Positions 37,583 through 50,439 are shown, numbered from the whole stretch's first letter. The stretch is 59,784 nt of DNA, filler included, from Squatina squatina (GCA_031763465.1; 3 parts of 3 records of this genome joined end to end with filler, not necessarily neighbours in it); one strand, 5' to 3'. Program-made: numbers and translations. Notes: a model not told the origin generated them from the letters alone.

Positions 37583-39994
37583 ATTAGAATGAGAAAGTAT
37601 TGGATAAGGTTGTGTAGCAAGCTCGTACAAATATAACCTATTCACCACTTAAAACCTAAATGGCTGGAAGGACAAAATTCATTTTGCTGCCATATAAAAG
37701 CGAGTTTGTATCGGATAATAACAAGTGAAATTATATATTTTCTCTACCTATATACACACACTGGAGCACATTTTTAAAAAGGTAGGTGGATCAAACTTAT
37801 TTCAACATAAAATAGAATGCCCAAGCTAGCTGAAAATAGGTACATTATCTGCAATCATGTGACACAAATAACATGCCACTGAACCAAAGGGAGCTCCAGA
37901 GCAGTGTGCTGTATATTGTAGAAAATTACTGGTTAATTTGATTCATATTCTCTAACTCAACATTCCAGTGTGAATCACATAGTCACATTGTCCGGATCAT
38001 GTTTTAATACACATGTTCAGCATATGTTGAGATGGTCCTATTATGGGAAACATTACAGGCATATGTTTGTTTTGAACTGAATGTGAAGAGTTCAGTGATC
38101 ACCAGAGTAATGAATGTGAAGAGTGCACNNNNNNNNNNNNNNNNNNNNNNNNNNNNNNNNNNNNNNNNNNNNNNNNNNNNNNNNNNNNNNNNNNNNNNNN
38201 NNNNNNNNNNNNNNNNNNNNNNNNNNNNAGTTCCTTATATATTTTGTTTTGTTGACTTAGTAGATAAAAGGAAGAGTTTGCTTGCCATTAGGTTATTATA
38301 CTTAGGAAGTTGCTATGTATTTCCAAGAAGCTGAACTCATTGCATCACTTTTCTCAGAAAATGGTTTATCTGTGCAATGGTATGTTATATTCTGCCTCAT
38401 TCCTAAAAGATCAATAGCATTTCTTTCTAAGCCATTCTGCTTTGCTACTAAATACAGGTTCTAGTTCAATTAAGCCTTCTTGCAATTTCCTTTTTCATTA
38501 GAGCAATCTCACAACTCTGATTAACAATATTTTGCTAGATATTCCAACCCCCTAACTGCAATCCAAAATGTCTCATTATGCCTGCGAGCTATAAATATAA
38601 TTGTGAGCCAATATCATTTTAATTGTTTCTCTTATGTCTTTTTTAAATGATTCAGCAGTCATCAATAAGATAAGTGTTCTCATACCCTGTAGGCTTAATC
38701 TAGGGATGATGTTATAAGGCAATGTAACAGAGTTTCGGTATAATGAAACCTTATGCAGAAGATAATGACAAAGCACTTATATCTCTCAGAAGATAAATGA
38801 AAACAGTAGATCTTCTTTCCTCTCTGTTATAACTACCATTTTGCCTCCCATTTCAATCGTAAGTCCTCGGTAAAACAGATTATTCTAAGGAGAGCATACA
38901 TGCAGTGCTCTTAATTTCACCATACATTTCCCAGTTCCTGACTGTGAATGATGATATTAATGAACTATACAAATCTTCTTGTTCATTAACTAAATTTTAA
39001 AAGGCCAATAAATTATCCTTAATCCCACTGGATAATTGCAAATAAAGATGCCTCAGTCTTTCATACTTGCAAACCAACACTTGTAATTCTGCCAGATACT
39101 TCACANNNNNNNNNNNNNNNNNNNNNNNNNNNNNNNNNNNNNNNNNNNNNNNNNNNNNNNNNNNNNNNNNNNNNNNNNNNNNNNNNNNNNNNNNNNNNNN
39201 NNNNNNNNNNNNNNNNNNNNNNNNNNNNNNNNNNNNNNNNNNNNNNNNNNNNNNNNNNNNNNNNNNNNNNNNNNNNNNNNNNNNNNNNNNNNNNNNNNNN
39301 NNNNNNNNNNNNNNNNNNNNNNNNNNNNNNNNNNNNNNNNNNNNNNNNNNNNNNNNNNNNNNNNNNNNNNNNNNNNNNNNNNNNNNNNNNNNNNNNNNNN
39401 CGGGGCCTTTCTGAAGGCTTCCGACAGCTTACGCGAAAGCACCGTAATTTGAGGCCCAATATATTTCTATTTCTCTGTTGAAGTTAACAAGTGGTAGGAA
39501 TTGAGTCTACAACTGCACAGAAGTGCTCCCTCTCGTGCATGTTCCTCTACATACTATCCACATGGGGCTTTCTGTAATCTCACCTTTCACCCAACAGTTA
39601 AGGATTATTTTGCCAATACATTGCATGGAATGGAGTGGGATGGCAAGGGCATCCATGACACTTACTTGTGTGGGTTCTACATTTCAGGTACCCTCCTCTG
39701 TGGTCTGATCAGTTTTCCAGATGTGCTGCTTTGCAACAATGATGACTGGCAGGAAACATCACTACTTGGTGGAGAGGGTGTTTGTAGAGGTGTGACATCC
39801 AACACAGAGAAGAAGACATTCATGTTCAGCTTTGGAGGACTGGAGTTCGTAGGCAGTAAGTAAACAGCTTGCAGGCATGGATAGTTCAGCAATGAAATAA
39901 TGACTAGGTAAACTGTTGGTTGCAGGATAAATGTTGACCACTGGGAAGAGCTCCTTTGCTCTTCTTCAAATAGAGACAATGGCTTAGTTTGTAC

Positions 39995-40290
39995 TTACAT
40001 TGCCCAGTTTGGAACTGAGCTATACACATTAGAAAAGTACAAGGTTCAGCGCATAGTCTGAGCTGAGTTAGTTGTTCTCACCAGGGTGTTGGTAGCCTCT
40101 AGCTAGAGAGGGAAAAAGAGCAGTCAAAGTTCCTGTTCCTGATGGCTATCCGGGAGACATGCTAGAAAGTTGGTTGTGAACTCCAGGTGAACACATGACC
40201 TGGCTTGACACTCATTGAATAGCCTGTTGACAGTCACTGTTTAGCTTCACACATGAAGAACAGAAACTTGGATAAGGTAGTGTTACCTAG
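39995..40290 (+). mobile_element. Old SINE fragment (MamSINE1-like body)
   Basis: GTCTGAGCTGAGTTAGTTGTTCTCA...GGGAAAA...GTTCCTGTTCCTGATGGCTATCC...GCTAGAAAGT recalls that consensus; from memory only. Confidence 0.35.
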
Positions 40291-43200
40291 AGAAACATTG
40301 AAGTACATCTTTACTTTAATGTGCCCAGCGCAGAGTTTCGTGCACTAGGAGCGCATATTCGGAATTCGTGCTGGGAATGCTAAAGAAGAAAATTGACTCC
40401 ACTATGCCTGATCTAAGTCATTGTCTTCAGAAAATGCAAGGAGGAAAACTAAGAACACTGGAAGAAAGTCTAATTAAAAACATGCTCAAGTCTTCGCAAT
40501 TTTTTTGTGGGCCTGTTTCAATAAATAGAAGGAAATACTGAAACAAAAGGGTCGGCTAGTAAACAGGAGGCTGAGTGACTCTTTAGACATCTTGATGTAG
40601 CACGTCAATGTGGAATGTTGATAATTATTTCAGCACATTTTAGAAGCTATTATGCAATTGTTGTTAAATTTACCTCCAATTGGATTTTAGTTGGGAATTA
40701 GTTTATGTGGCCAATTAACTGTAAGTTTTAATGTTTCATGTTAGCTTTATTTAGACAGAAACTGTTCTAGAAATACCATAGTATGCCAATCATATAAAGA
40801 TGAAAAGAATGNNNNNNNNNNNNNNNNNNNNNNNNNNNNNNNNNNNNNNNNNNNNNNNNNNNNNNNNNNNNNNNNNNNNNNNNNNNNNNNNNNNNNNNNN
40901 NNNNNNNNNNNTACTGAGACAATGGACAAAGAATTGATAAAACGTACATGATTATATCAATCTATGTATTAAATATCATAATAGCCAAGTTACATCATGA
41001 ATTTCCTTGAAACTTTTTTTTTTAAAGAACAACTAAATAATTTGGTCCAGCTTGTATTCTACATTCATGGATGAAGCTTCAGAACTACTATTTAAATTCT
41101 TACCTCAAAATTTATGCTTCCAGCCAGAAAGTTTATTCTAATGAGCAGATCAAAGAAGGCAGAGTACAGCTTTAGAGCATTTATTCTGATAATGTGAGCC
41201 ATCTGTGGCCTTTGAAGCCGTGGTGTTCCTCTATGAAATACAGAGAGGATAAAATGTACTGTGCCATGTAATCTGGTATTTATCTCATGACTGCAGAAGT
41301 CGAAAGTTTAATACACAGTGCAGTTGAAAAAATATATTAAGTCTACTTCAACCTCACCAGCTACATCCCACCCTTATTTATCAATTAGCAATGCTAAGCA
41401 CCTAATCAATTGACCGTGCTATACCCAGGCAATGCCTCAGGCCTTTCAGGCAATCAATGGCACATTTCCTAATAGACTGCATTGACATCCAGTCAACTCC
41501 CCAGTATGTTTCAGGGCGTGACTCCATTTTATTTCACTATGCAATGAGGAGATATATACATCAAAATAGGCCGACAGTTTCTCCAAGAGTGGTCGGACCT
41601 GATCTTTTTATATATAAAGGCATCAGGCAGCAGATCTATGATTAAAACTGAACCGAGTGCTGGAGGCGGTGATTGGTTCCAAACCACACGGAGGAGCACA
41701 GTCTCATCAGCGTAAAATAAAATCAGAAAATGCTGTAAAATATACAGCTCAAATAGCATCTATAAAGATTAAAGACAGGTTCAAGATATGCACCCTTCAT
41801 TAGAACAGGCTACATGTTGAAATATCTTAATTTATCTTTCCTTTTTAATGTTCTTTTGCGACAATTACATCTTTGTATGTATCCAAATTCCATATCCTGC
41901 TTGCATTAGGACTGTTTGTCTACTTTAGTGTAACATTTCTCTCATCTTTACTAAATTTATTTAAAATATATCTTGACTTTATGCAAGTTGATAGAAAAAA
42001 TATGCAGATCTCCTTTTAGTTAGTTTTCAAATTGTTCAAATTATAGGATTTTGACCCAGGGATGCAGAGGGAGCAATGATATATATTCAAGTCAGGATGG
42101 TGTATAAATTGGAGGGAAATTTGAGGTGATGATGTTCCCATGATCTTGCTACTACTGTAGCCCCGGGGGAGATTGGTGCTGTTGAAGTAACATTGGTAAG
42201 TTGCTAGTACATCCTGTAGATTGTATNNNNNNNNNNNNNNNNNNNNNNNNNNNNNNNNNNNNNNNNNNNNNNNNNNNNNNNNNNNNNNNNNNNNNNNNNN
42301 NNNNNNNNNNNNNNNNNNNNNNNNNNTGGGGGAGAGGGGCAGGCAGGGGTCAGGTTGCATCCTGGCTAATGTCCCGGGAGTGCCCGGTGGAGTCAGGTGT
42401 ATGCAAATGTTGGGCATCCATCCCACTTGGGACATATCTTGGCCAGCCACCTGGCCCCACAAGCCATTTACTGTGGCACAATTACCGGTTCTAGATAGGT
42501 GCGAGGTTTCCCCTCCTGGAAAGGGTGAAGTTTTGCCCTCCTGGGCCCCTTTGTAAGGGGGCCAAATGTTAAAGAAAATATTGTTCACTTTAGAGATCCA
42601 GCCCTGGTTAGCCCCACAACTGCCAATGTTGTGCCAAGTGCCTGTGAGGACAAAGTAGCTCCTGGAATGGGGAGTCCCTGCCCCTCTCCTATGAAGCTGA
42701 CCTTCTATGGGGACAGGTTGTAGCTCTGACCTATACAAGGCCCCACTAACCACCCAATAGTTAGGGTGGGACCCAGAATATCTAGGTCCTGGCCTAATTT
42801 CCAGCTCCTGAAATTACAGATGGACTGCACCAGCAGGGCCTTGGATTTTCAGCCTTTGTGCATTATTTTTGTTCTTTTCAATTTTCTGCCCTCCCCCTAC
42901 CTTCTAGCCTGAAGGTATTAATTACCCCATTGGGATCTTTCCAAATGGCCCTTATTTATTTATGAGCCTTGAAAGTGAATGTCAACAATGAATGAAGAAC
43001 ATCACAGCTGATCCTGATCTTGTGTCCCCTGCAGTGCCCACACACACAGACTTCCAGCATTGTACAGCAATCAAGAATGGGTTAGGACTGTACATTTTTA
43101 TAGTTCATTAAATGGCATTTTACTTTGGGATTTTGGAAAAAGGAATGTCAGTTAATGGACTGTCCAAATCATTTACTTAATTAACACCAAATAAAGCAGG

Positions 43201-44619
43201 AGGAAACAGTGAAATCTGGAGTTAACAATGTTTTTGTAATTCACTCAGATCTACACAAATTCAGTTAGTGGTCTTTTTAACTGAAAATATTTTCACCTGA
43301 TTGGCTCCACCACAAGCATCTTTATTTCACAACAGGAAAGACCGTAAAGGTTTTCCTCTATTTTGGGTTATAATTTCATAACTTTCCATGTATAATGTAA
43401 TGTATGTATAATGCTGCATGTATTCAACATTTTGATTATGAGAATCAGAACCCTCTATCCCACATCTCTGTAAGGAGAGGTGCAGAATCCTCTCATTTTG
43501 AAAGCAGATTCCAAAACCTTTATTGTTGCACATAATTCACATGCGGCAGTTTCCAGGGTAAAATCCAATTACAGTGCAGCACTTTGATTCTTTTATTACA
43601 GACATAAACTATGTATTACTAGGTAGCTGTTCCTGCTACAGTTCACATAGGATTTTTCAGATCCAATATTTTTTGAATTGCTTGAACTTGGTAATTAAAG
43701 GACTTGACGTATACCTTTTTTAAAAACAGCTCAGAATTTCAAAAAATATAAAAATTGCACATTCTTATGACTCTGAATTCTCCTCATGGGTAGCTGAGGC
43801 ACCTGCAACTGTATTAAATGATTTTCTTGTGACAGGTTTGGCTCTGTCCCTGGTCTCTCAAATTGCACCACAATTTTCAGAAACAGAATGAGAAAGAAAT
43901 TAGAATTGTAAACAGGAAATATTCTGTAACAAAACCATAAATTTGTTAGGGGGACATCACCTTTAATAGCCATAATAATATTACTTCATAACTTAGTCAT
44001 GTGAACTTCAGAACAAAAGCTTTGCATTTTAATTTTTGCCCACAGTCATNNNNNNNNNNNNNNNNNNNNNNNNNNNNNNNNNNNNNNNNNNNNNNNNNNN
44101 NNNNNNNNNNNNNNNNNNNNNNNNNNNNNNNNNNNNNNNNNNNNNNNNNACAGTCAAATTTGCATCAATAGAACAATTATGCATATAGCTTGCAATATTA
44201 TAGCTCATGTACTCGACAAACTTGCCAATGCAAAATATGGTCATCTGAAGACACTGGTTAATGCACGAAAAGCCATTTGTTACTGTGCGTAATTAAATTA
44301 TAATTTAAATGCCATAATTTAATTAGGAACTAATTAAGGCAGTTCATTGCTTGCGCATTTTGGTGTTTAGAGATTATTGGTTACAGTGACTGACTCAATT
44401 AGCAATTCAGTTTATTTAAGAAAGACAAAGAGAACAGCATGGGTCTCTAAAAAACAGCTGTTACATTTCCATTGCGAGGATTCAGAGACCACTCTGAAGG
44501 TTTTTTTTTGTCGTCTTAAAGTGGAAATTCAACAGAGCTGACAATATTGAGGTTGTGTTACAAGTGAGATTTATGATTAAAAAGAGTAAAATCGATTGAA
44601 TTCCCATTTAAACACTTAA

Positions 44620-44815
44620 GGGTAGAAATTCCGATCAATGAAGTTTATAAACAAAGGCTTAACATACTTGTCCTACATTTCTGTGCGTGTTATTATTCCA
44701 CAGGAATTAGCCCATTTAACCAGATTAACACCTGCGTAAAAATAGTGCACATAGCAATGTAATGCGGGAACATTAAGCATTCATTTGTGAGCACCACCAA
44801 TTGGTAATTCCACCT
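44620..44815. mobile_element. Harbinger-type MITE
   Basis: TAA|GGGTAGAAATT...AATTCCACCT|TAT: imperfect TIRs with TWA-like flanks. Confidence 0.45.
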
Positions 44816-46317
44816 TATAAAGTGCTGATTATTTTTCAGTGTGACATACATTAAAACAAGTCACATTTTTAAATCAAAGTGACTGACTCCTACTGAAAGG
44901 GGGTGAGTGTTGACAGCTCCGCAATTCAATATTCCAAGTAGTATGGCCTTTTTTTTACCACCCACTGTGACATGGACTATGCTGCACATACCCAGAGAAG
45001 TCACCCAGCATGACAGTGTGTAGCTGTGCATGTTGATATGGCCAGGTCCAGAGTTCAAGATCATAATGGGAGCACTTAAGCTCAAGCCCAATTCTTATGC
45101 TGGCGTGAAGTCAAAGTTGAGGGACATTTGGCGTTGGTTGTGTGACTGGCCGACTGACAGGAAAGTGATTTGAGTGAGCATCCTACAAAATGAGTAATGA
45201 TTGACATTTTGAAAATATACACAGGGTATTTTTTTTTATTTTCTTTGCAAATATCACAATACAGTTCACATATTACAAATGTCAATCTTGCTCAGAAGTT
45301 ACAGTCAAAGCTAATGACATGTACTTGCATGTGCAAAAGAGTCCCAAGGCCTCTAGGGTTGGCGAGCAGGAACAGCTTACAAATATTATATTACATGAAG
45401 CAGCAAAAAGAAATCTGACTTTAAAATAAAGGTTACCTGAATATAAGAATACAATGAAAGTATTTTTGATGGCACCTAGTACTAGTACTCAGTAAGGATT
45501 TGCTTATATCTGGGAACAAAATCATATTAATTCAAGTGAATTGCTACTTGTACCTGATTTTGAAAAAAGGAATCATATACGTCAATGCTTTTTCAAAAAA
45601 ATTAGTTAATTGTCAGTTTTCAGGTTATACTTAGCATAGCACAATGTTAGAACATTTTTCAAACAGTACATTGAATTGAAACTGCTTTTTAAAGAACAGC
45701 ATTGCTACAGAAATTTGTTTCTTGAAATGTAATTATTAAGCAACAGTCTACAACAATAGAAGTTTAACATGCGAGAAAAGATATTGCTAAACATTTTACA
45801 AGTTGTAACCTGTCTTATATTAAGCAGTATTTTGGTTTGCCAAATGACTTACTGAAATATCAATAGCTGATCCTGAAAGTGTCATTGCAGGTTATTTTTC
45901 TGCAGCTTCTTTTGAAATTCTGTGGAAGTACAGTGAAGGGTGTGACTGATTGACATCAGAAGTAGATTGAGAAGGGTGATCTGTGGGGTGTGGAGCACAG
46001 ACTGGAAAACAGGGCAGTTTTGTCCCCGATGATTAGTAATCCTAGCTAGTGTTATGCTGGAAAAGATACTGAACACCTGGAGGATACAAAATATTTTTGT
46101 TACTAGACCAGAATTTGAAATTAATCGAAATGCTAATTATGAAATTATGAAATTTTAGTGTGATCTATAATAATTCAGCCTCACACTCAAAAAAACTATT
46201 ATTTTCTTCTTTTTGTTTAATTATTGCTTTTCATCTGCCAGGTTCAGTGCTAGAAAATAGTGCTAGAAAATATCAAAAGTTCTCTTTTTCATAAAGTGGA
46301 GTTAAAGTGGAGATTGA

Positions 46318-46417
46318 NNNNNNNNNNNNNNNNNNNNNNNNNNNNNNNNNNNNNNNNNNNNTTAATTAATTAANNNNNNNNNNNNNNNNNNNNNNNNNNN
46401 NNNNNNNNNNNNNNNNN
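46318..46417. other. Artificial scaffold-joining linker N44-TTAATTAATTAA-N44
   Basis: Same 12-mer at 46362-46373 with 44 N on each side. Confidence 0.93.
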
Positions 46418-46970
46418 GGATGTGATGAGAGGCACAATAGGATGAAGGTGAGTGTGGCTTTGTACTAACGTTTCGTGATCTACTGAGATCATTGAAAGGT
46501 TTGTGCCACTGCACCAAGGTCCTCCTAATGACATCCCTGCTTGTGACCTCCTCTGCAATGTGCAACCAGGCTGTTTTGGTCACCTGAGGAGGTTTCCGCC
46601 CATCGGAAGGGAAGAGGACCTCCCTGCATGCTGTGACTCCCTCCATAAGCATATGGAGGGAGTCATGGGAGAACCTGGGTGCAGCCTTGCACCTCTGTGC
46701 AGTCATTGTCAGTGTTTTCAGCACTTCAGTGCTGTAGAACACTCGACAGCACAATGTCAAAACAAAGTTAGCCATGGTCCCTTTAAGGAAACTGGATGAT
46801 GACACGTCATGAATGATGTCACCAGACCTGTTTCCTCTAATTGGACCAGGAAATGCGCTGGGTGAGCTTAACAAGCCCCAGCAACATAAGTTCCTTTTTA
46901 GACAGCAGGGCTGCGAGCCACCACTGGCATCACCTGCCCCGGACCCGCTGAGGTAAGGAAAATCCCGGCC
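46418..46970 (-). mobile_element. Harbinger element end encoding a Myb/SANT-like DNA-binding protein (first exon)
   Basis: APRFSHDSLHMLMEGVTACREVLFPSDGRKPPQVTKTAWLHIAEEVTSRDVIRRTLVQWHKPFNDL is a NAIF1/MSANTD-type trihelix; TIR-like GGCCGGGATTTT at 46959-46970. Confidence 0.78.
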
Positions 46971-47598
46971 TGAGCTGCAATTTCAAATGTGATCATTAAT
47001 TAGATTATTAGGCAATGCAAAGCAACTCCTAATACTCTTTGTCTCCTTATTCTCACCCGACAAATTAATCCTCCCGTATTAAATGTTGAATTCACTTTTT
47101 ATGCTACTGGGTGACTGCTGTGCTAAGTCTTATGTACCTTTTAAAAAGATTGTACAAAAAACACATACACGTTTATGTAGTGTCATCAGTTTATTAAAGA
47201 AGTAGCTTGTTGAGGTTTTGGGTCACAATCCCTTCCTGAGATGTTACAGCTTTGGAATATATTCCACAGTATTTTATTTTTTATAATGTATGCAGAATTA
47301 ACCACAACTTGCCATATTTAGTTTTATGAGGGAGATTCCCCCAATAGAATATCATGTGACCAGTAATGACATTGTAGTCTATGATTTGACGAGCATGGAC
47401 ATTGAGATCTATTTAATTGACACCAAAGGAATATCATAACTTGNNNNNNNNNNNNNNNNNNNNNNNNNNNNNNNNNNNNNNNNNNNNNNNNNNNNNNNNN
47501 NNNNNNNNNNNNNNNNNNNNNNNNNNNNNNNNNNNNNNNNNNNTCTGTACGGCTGTGATAGAATCTACCTGACCTATTTATTCTTCTCGACTCTACAG

Positions 47599-47701
47599 GT
47601 GATGTGCCTTCAGGATTTTTTTGGCGATGATGACATTTTTGTTGCCTGTGGTCCTGAGAAGTTCCGCTATGCACAGGATGACTTCTCACTGGATGAAAAT
47701 G
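47599..47701 (+). CDS. DCLK1: DCLK1 internal exon (end of second doublecortin domain)
   Basis: ctctacag| [34 protein letters not shown] +G |gtaagc; 103 nt. Confidence 0.93.
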
Positions 47702-48149
47702 GTAAGCTTCTTTTGGCATATATGCTGAAGCTTTACTAAAATAAACAAAATGCTGGGTTACATTGTCAGAAAAACTGACTGTAGCTGTGTGATATTCTCA
47801 ACTGTACCTCCAAAAAACATTACTTATTCAAAGGAATGCAGAAGGGAGAAGGTAGACTGAAAGAACCAGAGTTATTTGTTTACTGATCGTTATTAATGAC
47901 ATATATAGCTGTTATTCAATGGCACAATTATTTCTTCACACAAGATACAGTCGCACTTCATTCCAGCTAACTAAAAAATGTAACTTCGTTTTCAAGCCCT
48001 AACTCATAAGTTGTACTTTTTGTTCCTCTTGCCTCCTCTTTTAAATAACCCTGTGGCAGCTAAGTCTATTCATGATGTTTTTATCAATATTTATTAAATC
48101 CTCAATATTTGAAATATTTTTCATGTTTTGACACACAACCAATTTGTCA

Positions 48150-48454
48150 TGAAACATAGATCATAGAGTGGTTGAATGGTTATGACACAGAAGAAGGCCA
48201 TTCGGCCCATCGAGCCCGTGGCGACTCTTAGTTTGTCCCACTCCCCTGCCCTTTTCCCCCTAGTCCTGCAAATTTTTTTCCTTCAGATACTTATCCAACT
48301 CCCTTTTGAAAGATAAAATTGAGTCTGCGCCCACTGCTCTACCAGGCAGTGCATTCTAGATCTTAACCGCTCGCTGCGTAAAAATGTTTTTTCTTATGTC
48401 GCCTTTGGTTCTTTTGCCAATCACCTTAAATCTGTGTCCTCTGGTTCTCGACCC
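48150..48454 (-). mobile_element. CR1 LINE 3' end in a DCLK1 intron
   Basis: GGCCATTCGGCCC 3' UTR; minus frame TRGHRFK...MRKN.FTQR.V..WNAL. Confidence 0.75.
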
Positions 48455-48554
48455 NNNNNNNNNNNNNNNNNNNNNNNNNNNNNNNNNNNNNNNNNNNNNN
48501 NNNNNNNNNNNNNNNNNNNNNNNNNNNNNNNNNNNNNNNNNNNNNNNNNNNNNN

Positions 48555-49140
48555 GTTCAGGAATCTTGTGTCAGGCATGCAGACGATGTGGCCTGCCCAT
48601 CGCAGCTGATTGAGCGGGGTCACTGCCTCGATGCTGGGGATGTTGGCCTGAGAGAGGACACTGATATTGGTATGCCTATCTTGCCAGTGGATTTGCAATA
48701 TTTTGCGAAGGCAACATTGGTGACCCTTCTTCAGTGTGTGAGGTGTCTACTGTACATTATCCATGTCTCTGACGCATATAGAAGGGCAGATATCACTGCT
48801 GCCCTGTAGACCATGAGGTTGGTGCCGGGTATGAGGTCTTCAAACACTCTTTTCCTCAGGCGGCTGAAGGCTGCACTGGCACACTGGTGGCGGTGTTGGG
48901 TTTCACTGTCGATGTCTTCCCTCGCTGAGAGGAGGCTCCCAAGGTGTGGAAAGTGGTCCACATTGTCCAAGATCTCGCCGTGGATCTTGATAGTCGTGAG
49001 GCATTGTTATGCGGCAGGGGACCTTTGTGTTTCGATTGTTTGGCGCAAGGCCCATTCTCTCGTACACCTCAGTGAATGAATCGATGATGGTTTGGAGCTT
49101 GGCCTCCGAGTGTGTACACACGCAGCGTCGCCTGTTTACT
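48555..49140 (-). mobile_element. RTE-clade LINE fragment in a DCLK1 intron
   Basis: VDHFPHLGS, AFSRLRKRVF, VYRAAVISALLYASETW, QLRWAGHIVCMPDTR. Confidence 0.83.
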
Positions 49141-49672
49141 TATAACTCTGCCTGGGCCAGTCTGTGTGAGGGCAATGAAATTTTGGACTCCTCCAACCGT
49201 CCTTTCTCTGGCATTATGCATGGTTTTGTCCTGCAGAAAGAGATAGTTAGTGAATGACTGTTGAGATAGGTAGGGTTTGTGCGGATTTCTTGAGAGGCAA
49301 GATGGAATGAGGATGGGAAGGTGATGAATGTAAAGAGAAGTGTGTGTAATGTGAAGTGAGGAAGGAGTGGTGGGAGTAATTGTTAGTTTTGTAGGAACGT
49401 GAGAAGAAAATGGTATTAGTGTGTGGTGTAAAGAGCCAAAAAGAAGAGATGAGTGCGTTTGGAATAAGAAAGCAAGGTGTTTTGGCATTCCTTTATGATT
49501 GTGTGATAAAGGATGTGATGGAGGTGAGGGAATTAGTTAGAGTGGTGGGTGGGGTGAGAGGAGTGTTGTGAGGTGCTGTTGAGAGTGAAGTGGGGAGATG
49601 AAGATATGGATTTACTCTTGCTTTTGTGAGGAAATTGAATCTCTTCCTGGATTGAACCCAGATTTTGGGCAA
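49140..49672 (-). mobile_element. Harbinger Myb/SANT gene remnant with its intron
   Basis: WVQSRKRFNFLTKAR|gtaa, then a ~380-nt C/A-rich intron, then ttcctgcag|DKTMHNARERTVGG; same architecture as the 46418-46706 ORF. Confidence 0.55.
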
Positions 49673-49833
49673 AGTCCCCTCTAAGATACTGTGTGTGCGC
49701 AGCCACGTGGCAATCGGAAGGTACTGTGCAGGCCACTCACAAGCTGTTCCCTCTAAGATACTGTGCGTGCAGCGGCCGAGCAGCAAATTTTAAGGTACTA
49801 TGCACAAAAAAATAAGTTTAGAGGGAACATTGG
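49672..49833. mobile_element. Small hAT-like MITE (CAATGTTCCCTCTAA TIR) with duplicated left end
   Basis: CCCTCTAAGATACTGTG occurs at about 49677 and 49749; the inverted end TTAGAGGGAACATTG is at 49818-49832. Confidence 0.6.
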
Positions 49834-50307
49834 TTTTGAGGATGATGTTGGTAGCCCCGCCTCTGCAGACCTGATTCCCACCCTGGGTTAAAATTGGGGC
49901 TTGTGTCCCTGGTCACAATCTTCACTCCTCTGACACTGGTTTACTCCATTTGCCCACCCTTTTTTTTCCACCATTGACAATCATTCTATCAGCCACCAGG
50001 CCTCTTCCTTCTGGAACTCCTTCCCAAATTCCCTCTGCCTTACCTCTTCCCTGCCTGCTTTGAAAAGCCCACTACAGATTTAATCCTCAAACATGCTTTT
50101 GGCACTGTCCCTTATCTCCATTTACTTGTTTCCCACCTGGTGTTGTCCATTCATTTCCCAATCTATGAATTGTTATGTTCATCTTTCTGGAATGAAGAGC
50201 TCTATGTAAACGCAAGCTGTTGTTAAGGTATCTTGTAAATTCCAGAAGTAAAAAGTATTTGCGATTGCATAACCTTTTTATAACTTTCCATTATTCTTCA
50301 CCCACAG

Positions 50308-50439
50308 AATGTCGAGTGGTTAAGTCCACTTCCTACACTAAAGTTCCTGGTGCAGGTGGTGGTGCTACAGGACGAAATAGTATCGCGAAGAGCCCTGGGC
50401 CATCACGACGTAGCAAGTCTCCAGCTTCTACTGGCTCAG
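50308..50439 (+). CDS. DCLK1: DCLK1 internal exon (Ser/Pro-rich linker)
   Basis: cccacag| (E)[43 protein letters not shown] +G |gtaat; 132 nt, phase 1-1. [12 protein letters not shown] is DCLK1-type. Confidence 0.92.
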
